Assembly: GCF_006345805.1 (NCBI RefSeq)
Contig: NC_043008.1
Span: 8,990,001 to 9,054,000, forward strand
Direction: 5' to 3'
Origin: Octopus sinensis
Lineage: Eukaryota
Length of the DNA: 64,000 bases
Shown in pieces: positions 1 to 12,817 of this stretch. Below the pieces are notes generated by a model. The model was not told the DNA's origin and did no database searches. It was given only the letters and a program-made list of their open reading frames with translations. A program made the position numbers and the translations under genes. How positions within the stretch are numbered: the first letter of the stretch is position 1; each line of letters begins with the position of its first letter.

Positions 1-3000
1 ACATCACAGCAAGGAAAGGTAACATCACAGCAAGGAAAGGTAACATCACAGCAAGAAAAGGTAACATCACAGCAAGAAAAGGTAACATCACAGCAAGAAA
101 AGGTAACATCACAGCAAGAAAAGGTAACATCACAGCAAGAAAAGGTAACATCACAGCAAGAAAAGGTAACATCACAGCAAGAAAAGGTAACATCACAGCA
201 AGGAAAGGTAACATCACAGCAAGGAAAGGTAACATCACAGCAAGAAAGGTAACATCACAGCAAGAAAGGTAACATCACAGCAAGAAAAGGTAACATCACA
301 GCAAGAAAAGGTAACATCACAGCAAGGAAAGGTAACATCACAGCAAGAAAAGGTAACATCACAGCAAGAAAAGGTAACATCACAGCAAGAAAAGGTAACA
401 TCACAGCAAGAAAAGGTAACATCACAGCAAGGAAAGGTAACATCACAGCAAGAAAAGGTAACATCACAGCAAGGAAAGGTAACATCACAGCAAGGAAAGG
501 TAACATCACAGCAAGAAAAGGTAACATCACAGCAAGGAAAGGTAACATCACAGCAAGGAAAGGTAACATCACAGCAAGAAAAGGTAACATCACAGCAAGG
601 AAGGAAAGGTAACATCACAGCAAGAAAAGGTAACATCACAGCAAGAAAAGGTAACATCACAGCAAGGAAAGGTAACATCACAGCAAGAAAAGGTAACATC
701 ACAGCAAGGAAAGGTAACATCACAGCAAGAAAAGGTAACATCACAGCAAGAAAAGGTAACATCACAGCAAGGAAAGGTAACATCACAGCAAGAAAAGGTA
801 ACATCACAGCAAGAAAAGGTAACATCACAGCAAGAAAAGGTAACATCACAGCAAGAAAAGGTAACATCACAGCAAGAAAAGGTAACATCACAGCAAGGAA
901 AGGTAACATCACAGCAAGAAAAGGTAACATCACAGCAAGGAAAGGTAACATCACAGCAAGAAAAGGTAACATCACAGCAAGGAAAGGTAACATACAGCAA
1001 GGAAGGAAAGGTAACATCAGCAAGAAAGGTAACATCACAGCAAGGAAAGGTAACATCACAGCAAGAAGAAAAGGTAACATCACAGCAAGAAAGGTAACAT
1101 CACAGCAAGAAAAGGTAACATCACAGCAAGAAAAGGTAACATCACAGCAAGAAAAGGTAACATCACAGCAAGAAAAGGTAACATCACAGCAAGGAAAGGA
1201 AGCATCACAGCAAGAAAGGTAACAATCACAGCAAGAAAGGTAACATCACAGCAAGAAGGTAACATCACAGCAAGAAAAGGAAACATCACAGCAAAAAAGG
1301 TAACATCACAGCAGAAAAGGTAACATCACAGCAAGAAAGGTAACATCACAGCAGAAAAGGTAACATCACAGCAAGAAAAGGTAACATCACAGCAAGAAAA
1401 GGTAACATCACAGCAAGGAAGGTAACATCACAGCAAGAAAAGGTAACATCACAGCAAGGAAAGGTAACATCACAGCAAGAAAAGGAAACATCACAGCAAG
1501 AAAAGGTAACATCACAGCAAGAAAAGGTAACATCACAGCAAGAAAAGGTAACATCACAGCAAGAAAAGGTAACATCACAGCAAGAAAAGGAAACATCACA
1601 GCAAGAAAAGGTAACATCACAGCAAGAAAAGGTAACATCACAGCAAGAAAAGGTAACATCACAGCAAGAAAAGGTAACATCACAGCAAGAAAAGGAAGCA
1701 TCACAGCAAGAAAAGGTAACATCACAGCAAGAAAAGGTAACATCACAGCAAGAAAAGGTAACATCACAGCAAGGAAAGGTAACATCACAGCAAGAAAAGG
1801 TAACATCACAGCAAGGAAAGGTAACATCACAGCAAGGAAGGTAACATCACAGCAAGCAAGAAAAGGAAAACATCACAGCAAGAAAAGGTAACATCACAGC
1901 AAGAAGGTAACATCACAGCAAGAAAAGGTAACATCACAGCAAGGAAAGGTAACATCACAGCAAGAAAAGGTAACATCACAGCAAGAAAAGGTAACATCAC
2001 AGCAAGGAAAGGTAACATCACAGCAAGAAAAGGAAACATCACAGCAAGAAAAGGTAACATCACAGCAAGAAAAGGTAACATCACAGCAAGGAAAGGTAAC
2101 ATCACAGCAAGAAAAGGTAACATCACAGCAAGGAAAGGTAACATCACAGCAAGAAAAGGTAACATCACAGCAAGAAAAGGTAACATCACAGCAAGAAAAG
2201 GTAACATCACAGCAAGAAAAGGTAACATCACAGCAAGAAAAGGTAACATCACAGCAAGAAAAGGTAACATCACAGCAAGAAAAGGTAACATCACACAGCA
2301 AGAAAGGTAACATCACAGCAAGGAAAGGTAACATCACAGCAAGGAAGGTAACATCACAGCAAGAAAGGTAACATCACACAGCAAGGAAAGGTAACATCAC
2401 AGCAAGAAAAGGTAACATCACAGCAAGAAAAGGTAACATCACAGCAAGGAAAGGTAACATCACAGCAAGAAAAGGTAACATCACAGCAAGAAAAGGTAAC
2501 ATCACAGCAAGAAAAGGTAACATCACAGCAAGAAAAGGTAACATCACAGCAAGGAAGGTAACATCACAGCAAGAAAAGGTAACATCACAGCAAGGAAAGG
2601 TAACATCACAGCAAGGAAGGTAACATCACAGCAAGAAAGGTAACATCACAGCAAGGAAAGGTAACATCACAGCAAGGAAAGGTAACATCACAGCAAGAAA
2701 AGGTAACATCACAGCAAGGAAAGGTAACATCACAGCAAGAAAGGTAACATCACAGCAAGAAAAGGTAACATCACAGCAAGGAAAGGTAACATCACAGCAA
2801 GAAAAGGTAACATCACAGCAAGGAAAGGTAACATCACAGCAAGAAAAGGTAACATCACAGCAAGAAAAGGTAACATCACAGCAAGGAAAGGTAACATCAC
2901 AGCAAGAAAGGTAACATCACAGCAAGAAAAGGTAACATCACAGCAAGAAAAGTAACATCACAGCAGAAAAGGTAACATCACAGCAAGGAAAGGTAACATC

Positions 3001-3555
3001 ACAGCAAGGAAAGGTAACATCACAGCAAGAAAAGGTAACATCACAGCAAGGAAAGGTAACATCACAGCAAGAAAAGGTAACATCACAGCAAGGAAAGGTA
3101 ACATCACAGCAAGGAAAGGTAACATCACAGCAAGAAAAGGTAACATCACAGCAAGGAAAGGTAACATCACAGCAAGAAAAGGTAACATCACAGCAAGAAA
3201 AGGTAACATCACAGCAAGAAAAGGTAACATCACAGCAAGAAAAGGTAACATCACAGCAAGAAAAGGTAACATCACAGCAAGAAAAGGTAACATCACAGCA
3301 AGGAAAGGAAGCATCACAGCAAGGAAAGGTAACATCACAGCAAGGAAAGGTAACATCACAGCAAGGAAAGGTAACATCACAGCAAGAAAAGGAAACATCA
3401 CAGCAAGAAAAGGTAACATCACAGCAAGGAAAGGTAACATCACAGCAAGAAAAGGTAACATCACAGCAAGAAAAGGAAGCATCACAGCAAGGAAAGGTAA
3501 CATCACAGCAAGGAAAGGTAACATCACAGCAAGAAAAGGAAGCATCACAGCAAGG
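1..3555. repeat. 21-bp minisatellite/VNTR, consensus GGTAACATCACAGCAAG(A/G)AAA, roughly 170 units, runs off the window start
   Basis: Directly visible tandem array. Main variants are AAGAAAAGG vs AAGGAAAGG; minor variants are GGAAAC and GGAAGC. Scattered small indels occur mostly between ~990 and ~2960. Confidence 0.98.
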
Positions 3556-3864
3556 GGTCAGGATTTCTCTATAAATAAGATCCATTGCATCCACTCACAA
3601 TGGCTTCCGAGTACGAATCTTGCCATCTGTGCTGTAATGTGTTCACGCAAAAACTGTTAAATTTCAAATATAGACTTATGCGTACAGCTCAGTAGGATTT
3701 TACGGTGTCAAACCTATTTTTGAGTGTGTCTTGAAAAACACTTAGTACTTTGCTGACTTCCCCAAGATATGTAATCTTGAAAAAATATGGAGACTGAGAG
3801 CTTACGACTTGATGAGATTCAATTATCTTATTAGTAACACTTGTTTCCTTTCTATTTTCCTTAG

Positions 3865-3992
3865 CTGAAAGCATACAGTGTAAAACATTCCTGGTGTCAC
3901 TATTGTGATCACGTGGTAATTCCGGCTAAAATTCGACAATTACATCAGTACAAGAAGACTGATGAGTGTTTTGTTAGGTGGCAGGCTGTACG
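3865..3992 (+). CDS. Candidate internal coding exon, unknown protein (LKAYSVKHSWCHYCDHVVIPAKIRQLHQYKKTDECFVRWQAVR)
   Basis: Strong polypyrimidine acceptor ttgtttcctttctattttccttag ending 3864. Only the phase-0 frame is open. Donor-like CG|GTAATC at 3992/3993. No family recognised. Confidence 0.35.
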
Positions 3993-5004
3993 GTAATCAA
4001 AATTTCGTTTGAGCATAGCTTAGAGAAAGATGAGCTTCGCCAAACATATACGTTTCAAGTAGAGAATATAAAGAACATTTATTCCAGTTCTGCTTCTCTA
4101 ACACAATTGGTTATGGGATTTATATTGCCACCAGTTGTCTCTTTTCCGTCGTGAATTATTATCCTTCATTCACATGTAATATTATTATCTACCGACAATG
4201 CAACCGAGGAATAAGCAATTGAAGTATTTTAAGCGAAAGTGTCTAACGTAAAATATCCCCCCATGACGAACACCATAAAATTTCTTCCATTAATATTATG
4301 AAAATATAATAAAATTAACTTCTGTAGTTTCTATGCTTTTTTTTATGTTTTAGAATAACGCCTAGTCTCCATCGTTGGCTTGAAATTCACATATACGTAT
4401 TAAAAGAGTTCAGTTTTCTTTGCAATCAAACAACTTTACTTTCCCAAATAGATTTTCTCACTGGAAATTAAACTTATCTCCTATTATCAGCAACAATGAT
4501 ATCCGTAAACATTTATATTAGGCTTATTTGTGAAAGTCAGATTTCGAAAGCTTTTCCTCTCCGGCGAAATTATTTGTAGATTATCCGACAAACCATTTTA
4601 GATTCTGTGGCAGCCTAATGTCGTAATTAGACACTAAATGAGAGTTTTATCGTCAAAGGTTATAGTTTGAATAGACCCGGTTGTTTTGGCTGTGGGGCAT
4701 CATTGATTAAAATCGTTATCTGGCGCCAAATTACCTGACTGCGTATATTAGTGACGTTAACTCAACCGCTGTGTAAAGTGAAATTAAAACTAAGTTTGAG
4801 AGTAATAGAATTCTATTTAAGCATAGATATCAATTAAACATTCTGAGAAACAGCTGACACAATTAGCAGAGGGCAATAAATGATGGTTGAAAGAGTAAGA
4901 GAGGAAAATCCGAGAGAAAAATCAATATGGCTTCCCGGTGGAATACTTAGTGTTCTTGTATTACTCTGTGTTTTATTTCTATATTTACCTCTGTATTTAT
5001 ATAG

Positions 5005-5129
5005 GCCTTTTTCGTTCTTTCTCTGCACTTAAAGCACAGGTCTTTCTCAAAAGACCACGATATACGTATCTTGTTGCTTCCTTATTAGATGAAGAAGTGG
5101 AACGAAATAAGCAGAACCAATCAAAATAA
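5005..5129 (+). CDS. Possible terminal exon (GLFRSFSALKAQVFLKRPRYTYLVASLLDEEVERNKQNQSK*)
   Basis: Pyrimidine-rich acceptors at 5004, 5034 and 5039; open frame to TAA 5127-5129; AATAAA nearby. This frame does not join in phase with the 3865-3992 exon. Confidence 0.2.
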
Positions 5130-6677
5130 AAAAGGAACACCAGCTTTTTTCAAGATATAACTACAATAAAAGAAATTTTGAAAAACATAGAAAAGGAAAA
5201 CTCTTATAAAAACAACGGACATCTTTTGATTTTATTGACCTGCTCAACAAAGTATATTCTGCTCGTCTAGCATGACTAAATGCCATGAATACAGTTATAG
5301 GAAATCGTCAAGGGTGTTATTGGAATACTAAATATAAATATGCTAATCTCTCATGTATGGAATCTTTCTTTATATGAGCTTTAAATGTAGAAAAATAAAA
5401 TGAACAGTGGAGATAACTCCAATAATTAAAATTTTGGAAAATATATTAACTGTAGAATAATGTTTAAGTCATCTAGTACAAGAAACGTTATAGTTCGTCT
5501 TATGAGACTATTTCACCGTAGTTCATAAAAATAAGGGACAACAATATACTAAAAATGCAGGGCATGCTGTGTCACTAATAAGGAATACGAAATAGGTGAA
5601 TACGGTAGGTTTCCTTTGTGTGTAATGTAGTGAGTTAAAAGCTTCGGTTAACTGTGATTTTCTATGCAATTAGTAGAGAAAAACTCCCCAATAGTATTTC
5701 TTAAAATCATTAATCACTAGAGATAGCACCAATAACATCAATTAATTTAAATGTTTGTAACATCTCACTATTGTTCACAAATTAATATAAACTAAGAGCA
5801 ATAAATCTATCGTTTGAACTCAAATACTGCCGTGTCAGGATTGACTTTACCTTTTATCACAGAGAGCTCGATAAAAACAGTAGCGGCATTATACGAAAGT
5901 CGTTTAGCTAGACTTTGGTTATTCTCATTTAAACATTGATTTTCGAGTGATCAAAAGAAATTTATATATTTATAGTTCTTAATTTATTTAGTTCCGTATA
6001 GGCGGTAGGTGTGTTAAGCGTAGTAAGTTTTAAATGCGGAATGAAGCGTTGATAAGATTAAAAGTTTTAAATTTTAGTCGAAAACATATCAGAAAAATTG
6101 AAAATAAACGCAAAATTTAATGGGAAGTGTTGAGTTCTGCTTGAAAGTTTTCTGTAATTTTAATTTATGCTCAGTTTCAGAATGGCAATAATTTCTTTTA
6201 CAAGACTCAAACAGGAAATATTTTATAAATATTAGTAATTTTAGTAAAGCGAAGTGCATCAATCTGGAATCGAAACCATGCCACAAATCTCAGTAGCTTC
6301 ACACTTACTTGATACTCACCAACAAATATCTTCGATTTATGAGAAGTTCAAATGGGGAGAAGTTCAAAAGAAAATACCTTGATTTTACTTTCATCTGTTT
6401 GAAGTTTCTTTTATTATCATTTTAAATAAAATTGTATGACCTCCGCTCATACACACACATACACACACACTGATGCATACACTTCGGTAACCCTGAGAAG
6501 GAGTTATAGATGTGAGTGGCGAACTGTATAGAATTTTAAAGAATCACGCATCCCATCCAAGTCGCTAACATCTGTAACAACTCCATCACTTAGACATTAA
6601 TGGAGGTTTCTTTAAATTGGGTCACTGTTAAGTTTTGTTGATATTCGATAAAATCAATTCATTTCGTGGTGTTTATT

Positions 6678-6900
6678 TTAGTTGGTTGGCATCCTTTCTG
6701 TCTCGGGAGACAATGGAGTTGCGCATAAAGTAGTCTAGACCGGCTTTTATATTTCATGTCCTGATAGATTTCCTGCTGTGGCTGTGTAGTCCTATCCTGG
6801 ACAAACACTCCCTCTGGCAGGTACCGCAAATGTAGCGAAGACTGTTCCTGGCTGGTTGTAATGCCATAGTCTCTTGTTTACGTCTCTTCCTTTCTTTCTA
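6678..6900 (-). mobile_element. 3' end of RTE-clade LINE (C-terminal C2H2 finger plus short 3' tail)
   Basis: Minus strand translates RYICGTCQRECLSRIGLHSHSRK, the Cx2C...SRIGLxSH motif typical of RTE ORF C-termini, followed by CATTGTCTCCCGAGACAGAAAGGATGCCAAC. Confidence 0.75.
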
Positions 6901-7198
6901 TTTCGCCTCTCTCTCTCTCTCTCTCTCTGTCACTCCTTTGTATTCCCTCTTTATGTTTATTTTAACATCAGGAGTAATTATAAAAGTTGAACCAAGAAGA
7001 ATTTGGAATTTGAATCTAAAAAGTAGGTTTATTTCGTTTACGGTCTTACAATCACACAAAACTATAATTTAGAGAGATTGAGAGTCTGAACGGTATACCC
7101 TTCCATAATTTTTGTTTATTTATTGAAATTTTAGAATGGAGATTCACTAACAATTCACCGACTGTTATTAGGCATTCTGCTAAAAAATTTTTATAATA

Positions 7199-7383
7199 GA
7201 CGCAGGTACGGTTGTGTGGTAAGAAGTTTGCCTTCCAACCACATGGTTCTCGGTTCTGTCCCACTGCGTGGCACCTTGGGCAAATGTCTTCTGCTACAGC
7301 TCGGGCCGACCGAAGCCTTATGAGTGGATCTGGTGGACGGAAATTACAAGAAACCTGTTGTTTAAATGTGTGTGTGTATATGT

Positions 7384-7431
<48 letters not shown>

Positions 7432-7510
7432 ACACACATACACACATATGTATATATATATATTATATATATATATATTATATATATATATATAACACAC
7501 ACATACACAC

Positions 7511-7553
<43 letters not shown>

Positions 7554-7568
7554 CACACACATACATAC

Positions 7569-7623
<55 letters not shown>

Positions 7624-7945
7624 TATGCCTGTGTCTTTGTGTCTAGATTTGTCCCTCCATACAGCTTGACAACCGATGCTGGTGTGTTTACGTCTCCGTA
7701 ATTTAGCAGTTCGGCAAAACTGACCGATGGAATAAGGACCAGTTTTTAAAAAAAATAATAAATACTGGAGTCGATACATTCCACTAAAAATTCTTCAAGG
7801 TGTTGCCCCAGCATGGCCTCAGTCTAATGACCGAAACAAGGAAAAAGAAGAATGGTAAAATATAAAAAAAATATAAAAATATTCTTCAAGGCGGTGCTCC
7901 AACATGGCCGCAGTCAAATAACTGAAACAAGTAAAAGAATAAAAT
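7199..7945 (+). mobile_element. tRNA-derived SINE family A with expanded internal (TA/CA)n and duplicated tail
   Basis: tRNA-like head (TGTGTGGTAAG...GGTTCTGTCCC), body matching copies at 20629, 52127, 53517 and 63161, and tail CATGGCCGCAGTC...GAAACAAG present twice. Confidence 0.9.
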
Positions 7946-8872
7946 AATAAATAAAAGAAACTTGGACTGGAAAAAAATGACGAAGTAAGAATTGAAATAA
8001 AAGGTGCGTAAGACCTTCAGGTAAAACAAAATAAATCCACTGTTGAAGAATTGAACTCAAAATGTGGGATATTGCTTCTTCAATTCTGACACTGTTTACC
8101 ATTCTCGGTTGCAGATACAATAATAGAACTAACAGCTTTGCAAGCAAATGACGGTTGCGTTGGGACTTGTTTAGTCATAAAAAGAAAACAAATACAAGGA
8201 CTGCTTGTATTCTTGGTTGTTCTATTTGCTTTTTGGTATATTGAAGAACACCAGGAGAATGACAACTGGTCTTTCTAATTTTTTAGCGACTCAGGTAGAG
8301 GATGCAGGTTAGAAATTAAATTACCTTTACTCGATTAAATTTGCACGTCTTGAAGTGCTGGCTGTTTCTTTCGTTTTCATTTGCGTACTTGGAAATCATT
8401 TAACTGTCGATTATTCAAGGATTAAATTTAGCAGCTTTTCATGACTGCAGGAATTTTCACGTGAATTTGCTTAAAAAAATAATTAGAGAATTAAGGTGAA
8501 CAGCGTTGATCTTTCAGCTAAAATCGATTATCAGCAAGTTAAGTTCCGTAGAGAGGTCTAAAATAAAGGGAGACAACTGACATTCAGAAGGAGAAACAGA
8601 TTTCTAGAAAATCAGCAGAAAACTTTTGGTTTTGTTGTTAGATTTCAATTTGGAACTTATTTCTTTATTTAATGGTTTCGTATGATATTAACTTGCTGTC
8701 GTTTCATGAGCTACTTAGAGCATTAAGAAACCCCCGCTACCAACACATTTAGTCCCACGCGTTTGTGCCTTCTTGTTTACACACGTATACAAGTACATGC
8801 ATATAACTGTATGAACACACTCACAGACACACATATACAGACACACACACACATATATATATATATACATAC

Positions 8873-8938
<66 letters not shown>

Positions 8939-10161
8939 AGTATTTCTTAGCATTTAATTTTCAAATTACATTGTTTACAAATGTATTGCGATTAATAAAT
9001 ATGTTTGGTGTATAGCTGTCTGCTTGTGTCTGTATAACACATTCCTACATACACCACGTATACATGTGTGTGTGTGTGTGTGTGTGGAGGGAGGGCTGAG
9101 TCGATGTCTGTGTTGGTGAGGTACTTATCGGGGATAGAGTCAATGGTTGCTGGTAAGTAATAGAAATCAAAGTGAGTAGAGAAAGCCAATTAAAGGAATA
9201 AGAATGCTGTCATAAAAATGTGCTTCTCTGATCAATATTTTGAATTCAATAAGAAAAAACATCATATGATTTTTTTTCGGTAACCTAAGACACCAACTTT
9301 TCTTTTTTCTTGTTCAATAGATGATGATTTATCAGCATTTTTATGCGAGGAATTCTAAGAGCCATCGCCATTATTTCTTATCTTAACAAGATTAGAACTT
9401 TGAATTGGTTTTACGCGCTTAGCAGTAAAAACCAACGGTGGAGTGATTTTGAAAAGGAATACTATTTTTCTTTTCTTTTCCTTTTTTTAATTTATTTATA
9501 TCATGTTATTGTCATTATTATTATTATGATCATTATTATCATTATTATTATTATTATTATTATTATATTATTATTATTATTATTATTACTTCACTTTCTT
9601 TAAAATTCTAATCAAAATAGAATTAATTCAATGCTATATAGATGAAGTATATTAAAATTACTTTTTAGATTTGCTTCATTGTATTCTTGTTATTGTCTCT
9701 CCTTTCTATGCAACTTGTCAATATTTCCTTCTTTTCATTTTTCCGTACTCTGAGGAAAATGAAAAAAAAAATAAAGCAAACATTTTTTCTTTACGTCTTC
9801 CATAAATTCAGGAAATATTTGAATTATTTCTCAGAATTACAACTGCTCAAAAACCTGAATTATAATCGCTTTCATAACTATATATAATGAGACACGTAGA
9901 GTTAATAAAATTCCGCAAAACGAAATACAAAACTTTCGTAAAACGGATAAATCACGCTAGTTGATTCATTTCTGGATTCCCTGTTTATGGTATTCAAGCT
10001 AAAATTCATCTCAATTAGTTGTGAGTAATAGATATTTTTGTTAGAAAGACAGATTTTACGTAATTGGATATTAAGTATTAAGACAGGTAAAAATTGTATA
10101 CCGATTACAGGACTGAGGCTAAGATACTTGGCCAAGACGAGGTTTTAATGTAGACACCTAT

Positions 10162-10579
10162 TTCTCTGCAACCCACAAGGGGCTAAACACAGAGGGAACG
10201 AACAAGGACAGACAAACGGATTAAGTCGATTATATCGACCCCAGTGCGTAACTGGTACTTATTTAATCAACCTCGAAAGGATGAAAGGCAAAGTCGACCT
10301 CGGCGGAATTTGAACTCAGAACGTAGCGGCAGACGAAATACCTATTTCTATTTCTTTACTACCCACAAGGGGCTAAACACAGAGAGGACAAACAAGGACA
10401 GACAAACGGATTAAGTCGATTACATCGACCCCAGTGCGTAACTGGCACTTATTTAATCGACCCTGAAAGGATGAAAGGCAAAGTCGACCTCGGCGGAATT
10501 TGAACTCAGAACGTAGCGACAGACGAAATACCGCTAAGCATTTCGCTCGGCGTGTTTACGTTTCTGCCAGCTCACCGCC
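10162..10579 (-). mobile_element. Tandem (dimeric) SINE family B with Nin/Deu-like central domain and ~20-bp TSD
   Basis: Two head-to-tail copies of CGAAAGGATGAAAGGCAAAGTCGACCTCGGCGGAATTTGAACTCAGAACG, flanked by TTTTAATGTAGA(C/T)ACCTATT at 10143 and 10580. Confidence 0.9.
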
Positions 10580-12136
10580 TTTTAATGTAGATACCTATTG
10601 GGTGTCTATTCCGTCGTCTGTTACATTCATAAATGAACAAGAGCTTGGATATTCCCGAACTTGAATATATATAATTTATAAGTGTCCGTATTATGCGGAC
10701 CTTATTTCTATGTTATAAAGCAAGTCACAAGAACACGTGAGAAATGTATTAAAGCCATTCAGTAACAGTAGAGCTGCTGTCTTTTTTAGTATTTATTCTA
10801 CATTTTTATTTTCAGTACACCTTTGCATGACTGTAAGCTTCATTATTCAATATGATTTCTATATACTTCCTCATGTTATTTTCTATTCTGTAGCGCCAGA
10901 TACGTCAGCGAATCCCGTCAATAGCGGAGGTGTCCCTGATATAGCATTTCAAGTTGTGTTAGTATACTCTAGAAAGCTTACGCTCTACAGCTTGTAGTAG
11001 CGTGCTAATATGTATTTACAATATCTATTCACAATCAAAATGGTATGTGCCATTGAAATCCCAGTGTCTCAGCCCTATCTCAAAATGCTGCAAGCTATGA
11101 TACTATCAACCTAACACAATATGGGGATTTTAGCCATGCGATCCATTTTTATTGCAGCATCAGTCTGTCTGTTTCATGGAAGGGCGGACCTCTGGCTTTT
11201 TGTAATGACTCAGGAATTTTACTGCCTAATGTATGAAATACATAAATTATTTAATAATTTTTATGAAAAGTAGAGAATTATCTCATTGTTCTTCATGTTA
11301 TTCTGTAATCATAATATAAACTTGTTATGTAAGTGTGTAGGAACCACGGAATAGCCTCGACAACCTACAACAGTTAGAGAACTCACCAAAATAATGTCAA
11401 CAAATAAATTACAAGTATATATTTTTAATTTGTGAAAATTATTTACTGGTGCATATTTTTAATTCGGAGAAAATTATTTTGAAACTATGAACATTGTCTT
11501 TGTAATTTGTTATTGATACAAATTAGGTATTTTATCAAAGTGCCAAATGAAAGTTAAAATAAGTAGGGTATGGAATAGCTTAATTCCAGCAGAGATTCTT
11601 GTATCACAAATGGAAAATTACAGGTTTTGTGTGACGAAAAATGCCTGGGTTGATATCTTTAGCAGAGTGAATGCTGTAATCGAAATTATGCAGATCGCCC
11701 CCTCGTGAAACTCTGACTGTTGCAATTTTATTAAGAAATAGAGTATAACTAATTATCTAATTATCATTAAGTAAATATCAAGGAGGGCAGAATCAGATAA
11801 AGAAGTAGCAAGTGAATTATATGACAGAGAGTGAGACAGACAGACAGACAGTTAGACAGAGAGACAAACAGACAGACAGAAAGACAGATAGACAGACACA
11901 GACACACACACACATACAGAGAAGATTTTGGCATTGTTGTTAACTAAATATATTTCAAAGAATAAATGAAGTGCTCAGAAAAATACTTTTAGATCTGAAA
12001 TAGACAAAAATGTGTTTTAATTAGGTTAATGTGTTTTTGTTTATTCTTTAATTTATTACGAAACAATCATTAAACCTACAACAGGTGAAAAACACCTTGC
12101 TCAATGCTTATATCGAAAATATAGGTGCAATCTTCC

Positions 12137-12186
<50 letters not shown>

Positions 12187-12770
12187 TCTTATTTATATTA
12201 ATGAAATAATTTTGTAACTTTACTCGTCGCTGAAATTCAGCTTTCCTAGGTTCCCAGCAATTTCAGCATCGTTCTACCTGGTGCTTCATTGTTTTTATTA
12301 TAACAGCACTCAGAGAAAGACGGTCTTCTTTTCGTTTCCAACATTATAGGTTTCCTCAACGATGAATTAACCAAAATGCAGCTAATATATTGCGTTTGAT
12401 TTTTTTTTAAAACCTCTTGAAATCTAAAATGTCTCATGAAATATTTTATGTAATTAATAAGTTCTAATATTACATATCACAGCTACTAAATTCAACCTCA
12501 TCAAAATACTAAGCTTCTATTTTTAACCAATGAGAAATAAATTATTTCAAACAAATGTGCAGTTTAGCATATATCTATACATATACATAGATAGATACAT
12601 ATGCACATACACTCACTCACTCTCTCTCTCTCTCACAGACGCGCACACACACGAATGCACTCACGTGTGTACGCATATATTATATATATATATATATTGA
12701 CACACATATATATACATATAATATAAACATATACGCTCATATATACATACATATAATATAGACATATACG

Positions 12771-12817
<47 letters not shown>

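Noticed and set aside
1-3555. CRISPR-like array
   Set aside because: Units are contiguous with no unique spacers, there are no cas genes, and the context is eukaryotic.
235-3594. Long minus-strand ORFs (MLPFLAV)n and (CCDVTFS)n
   Set aside because: Automatic consequence of a stop-free 21-bp unit; no independent sign of coding.
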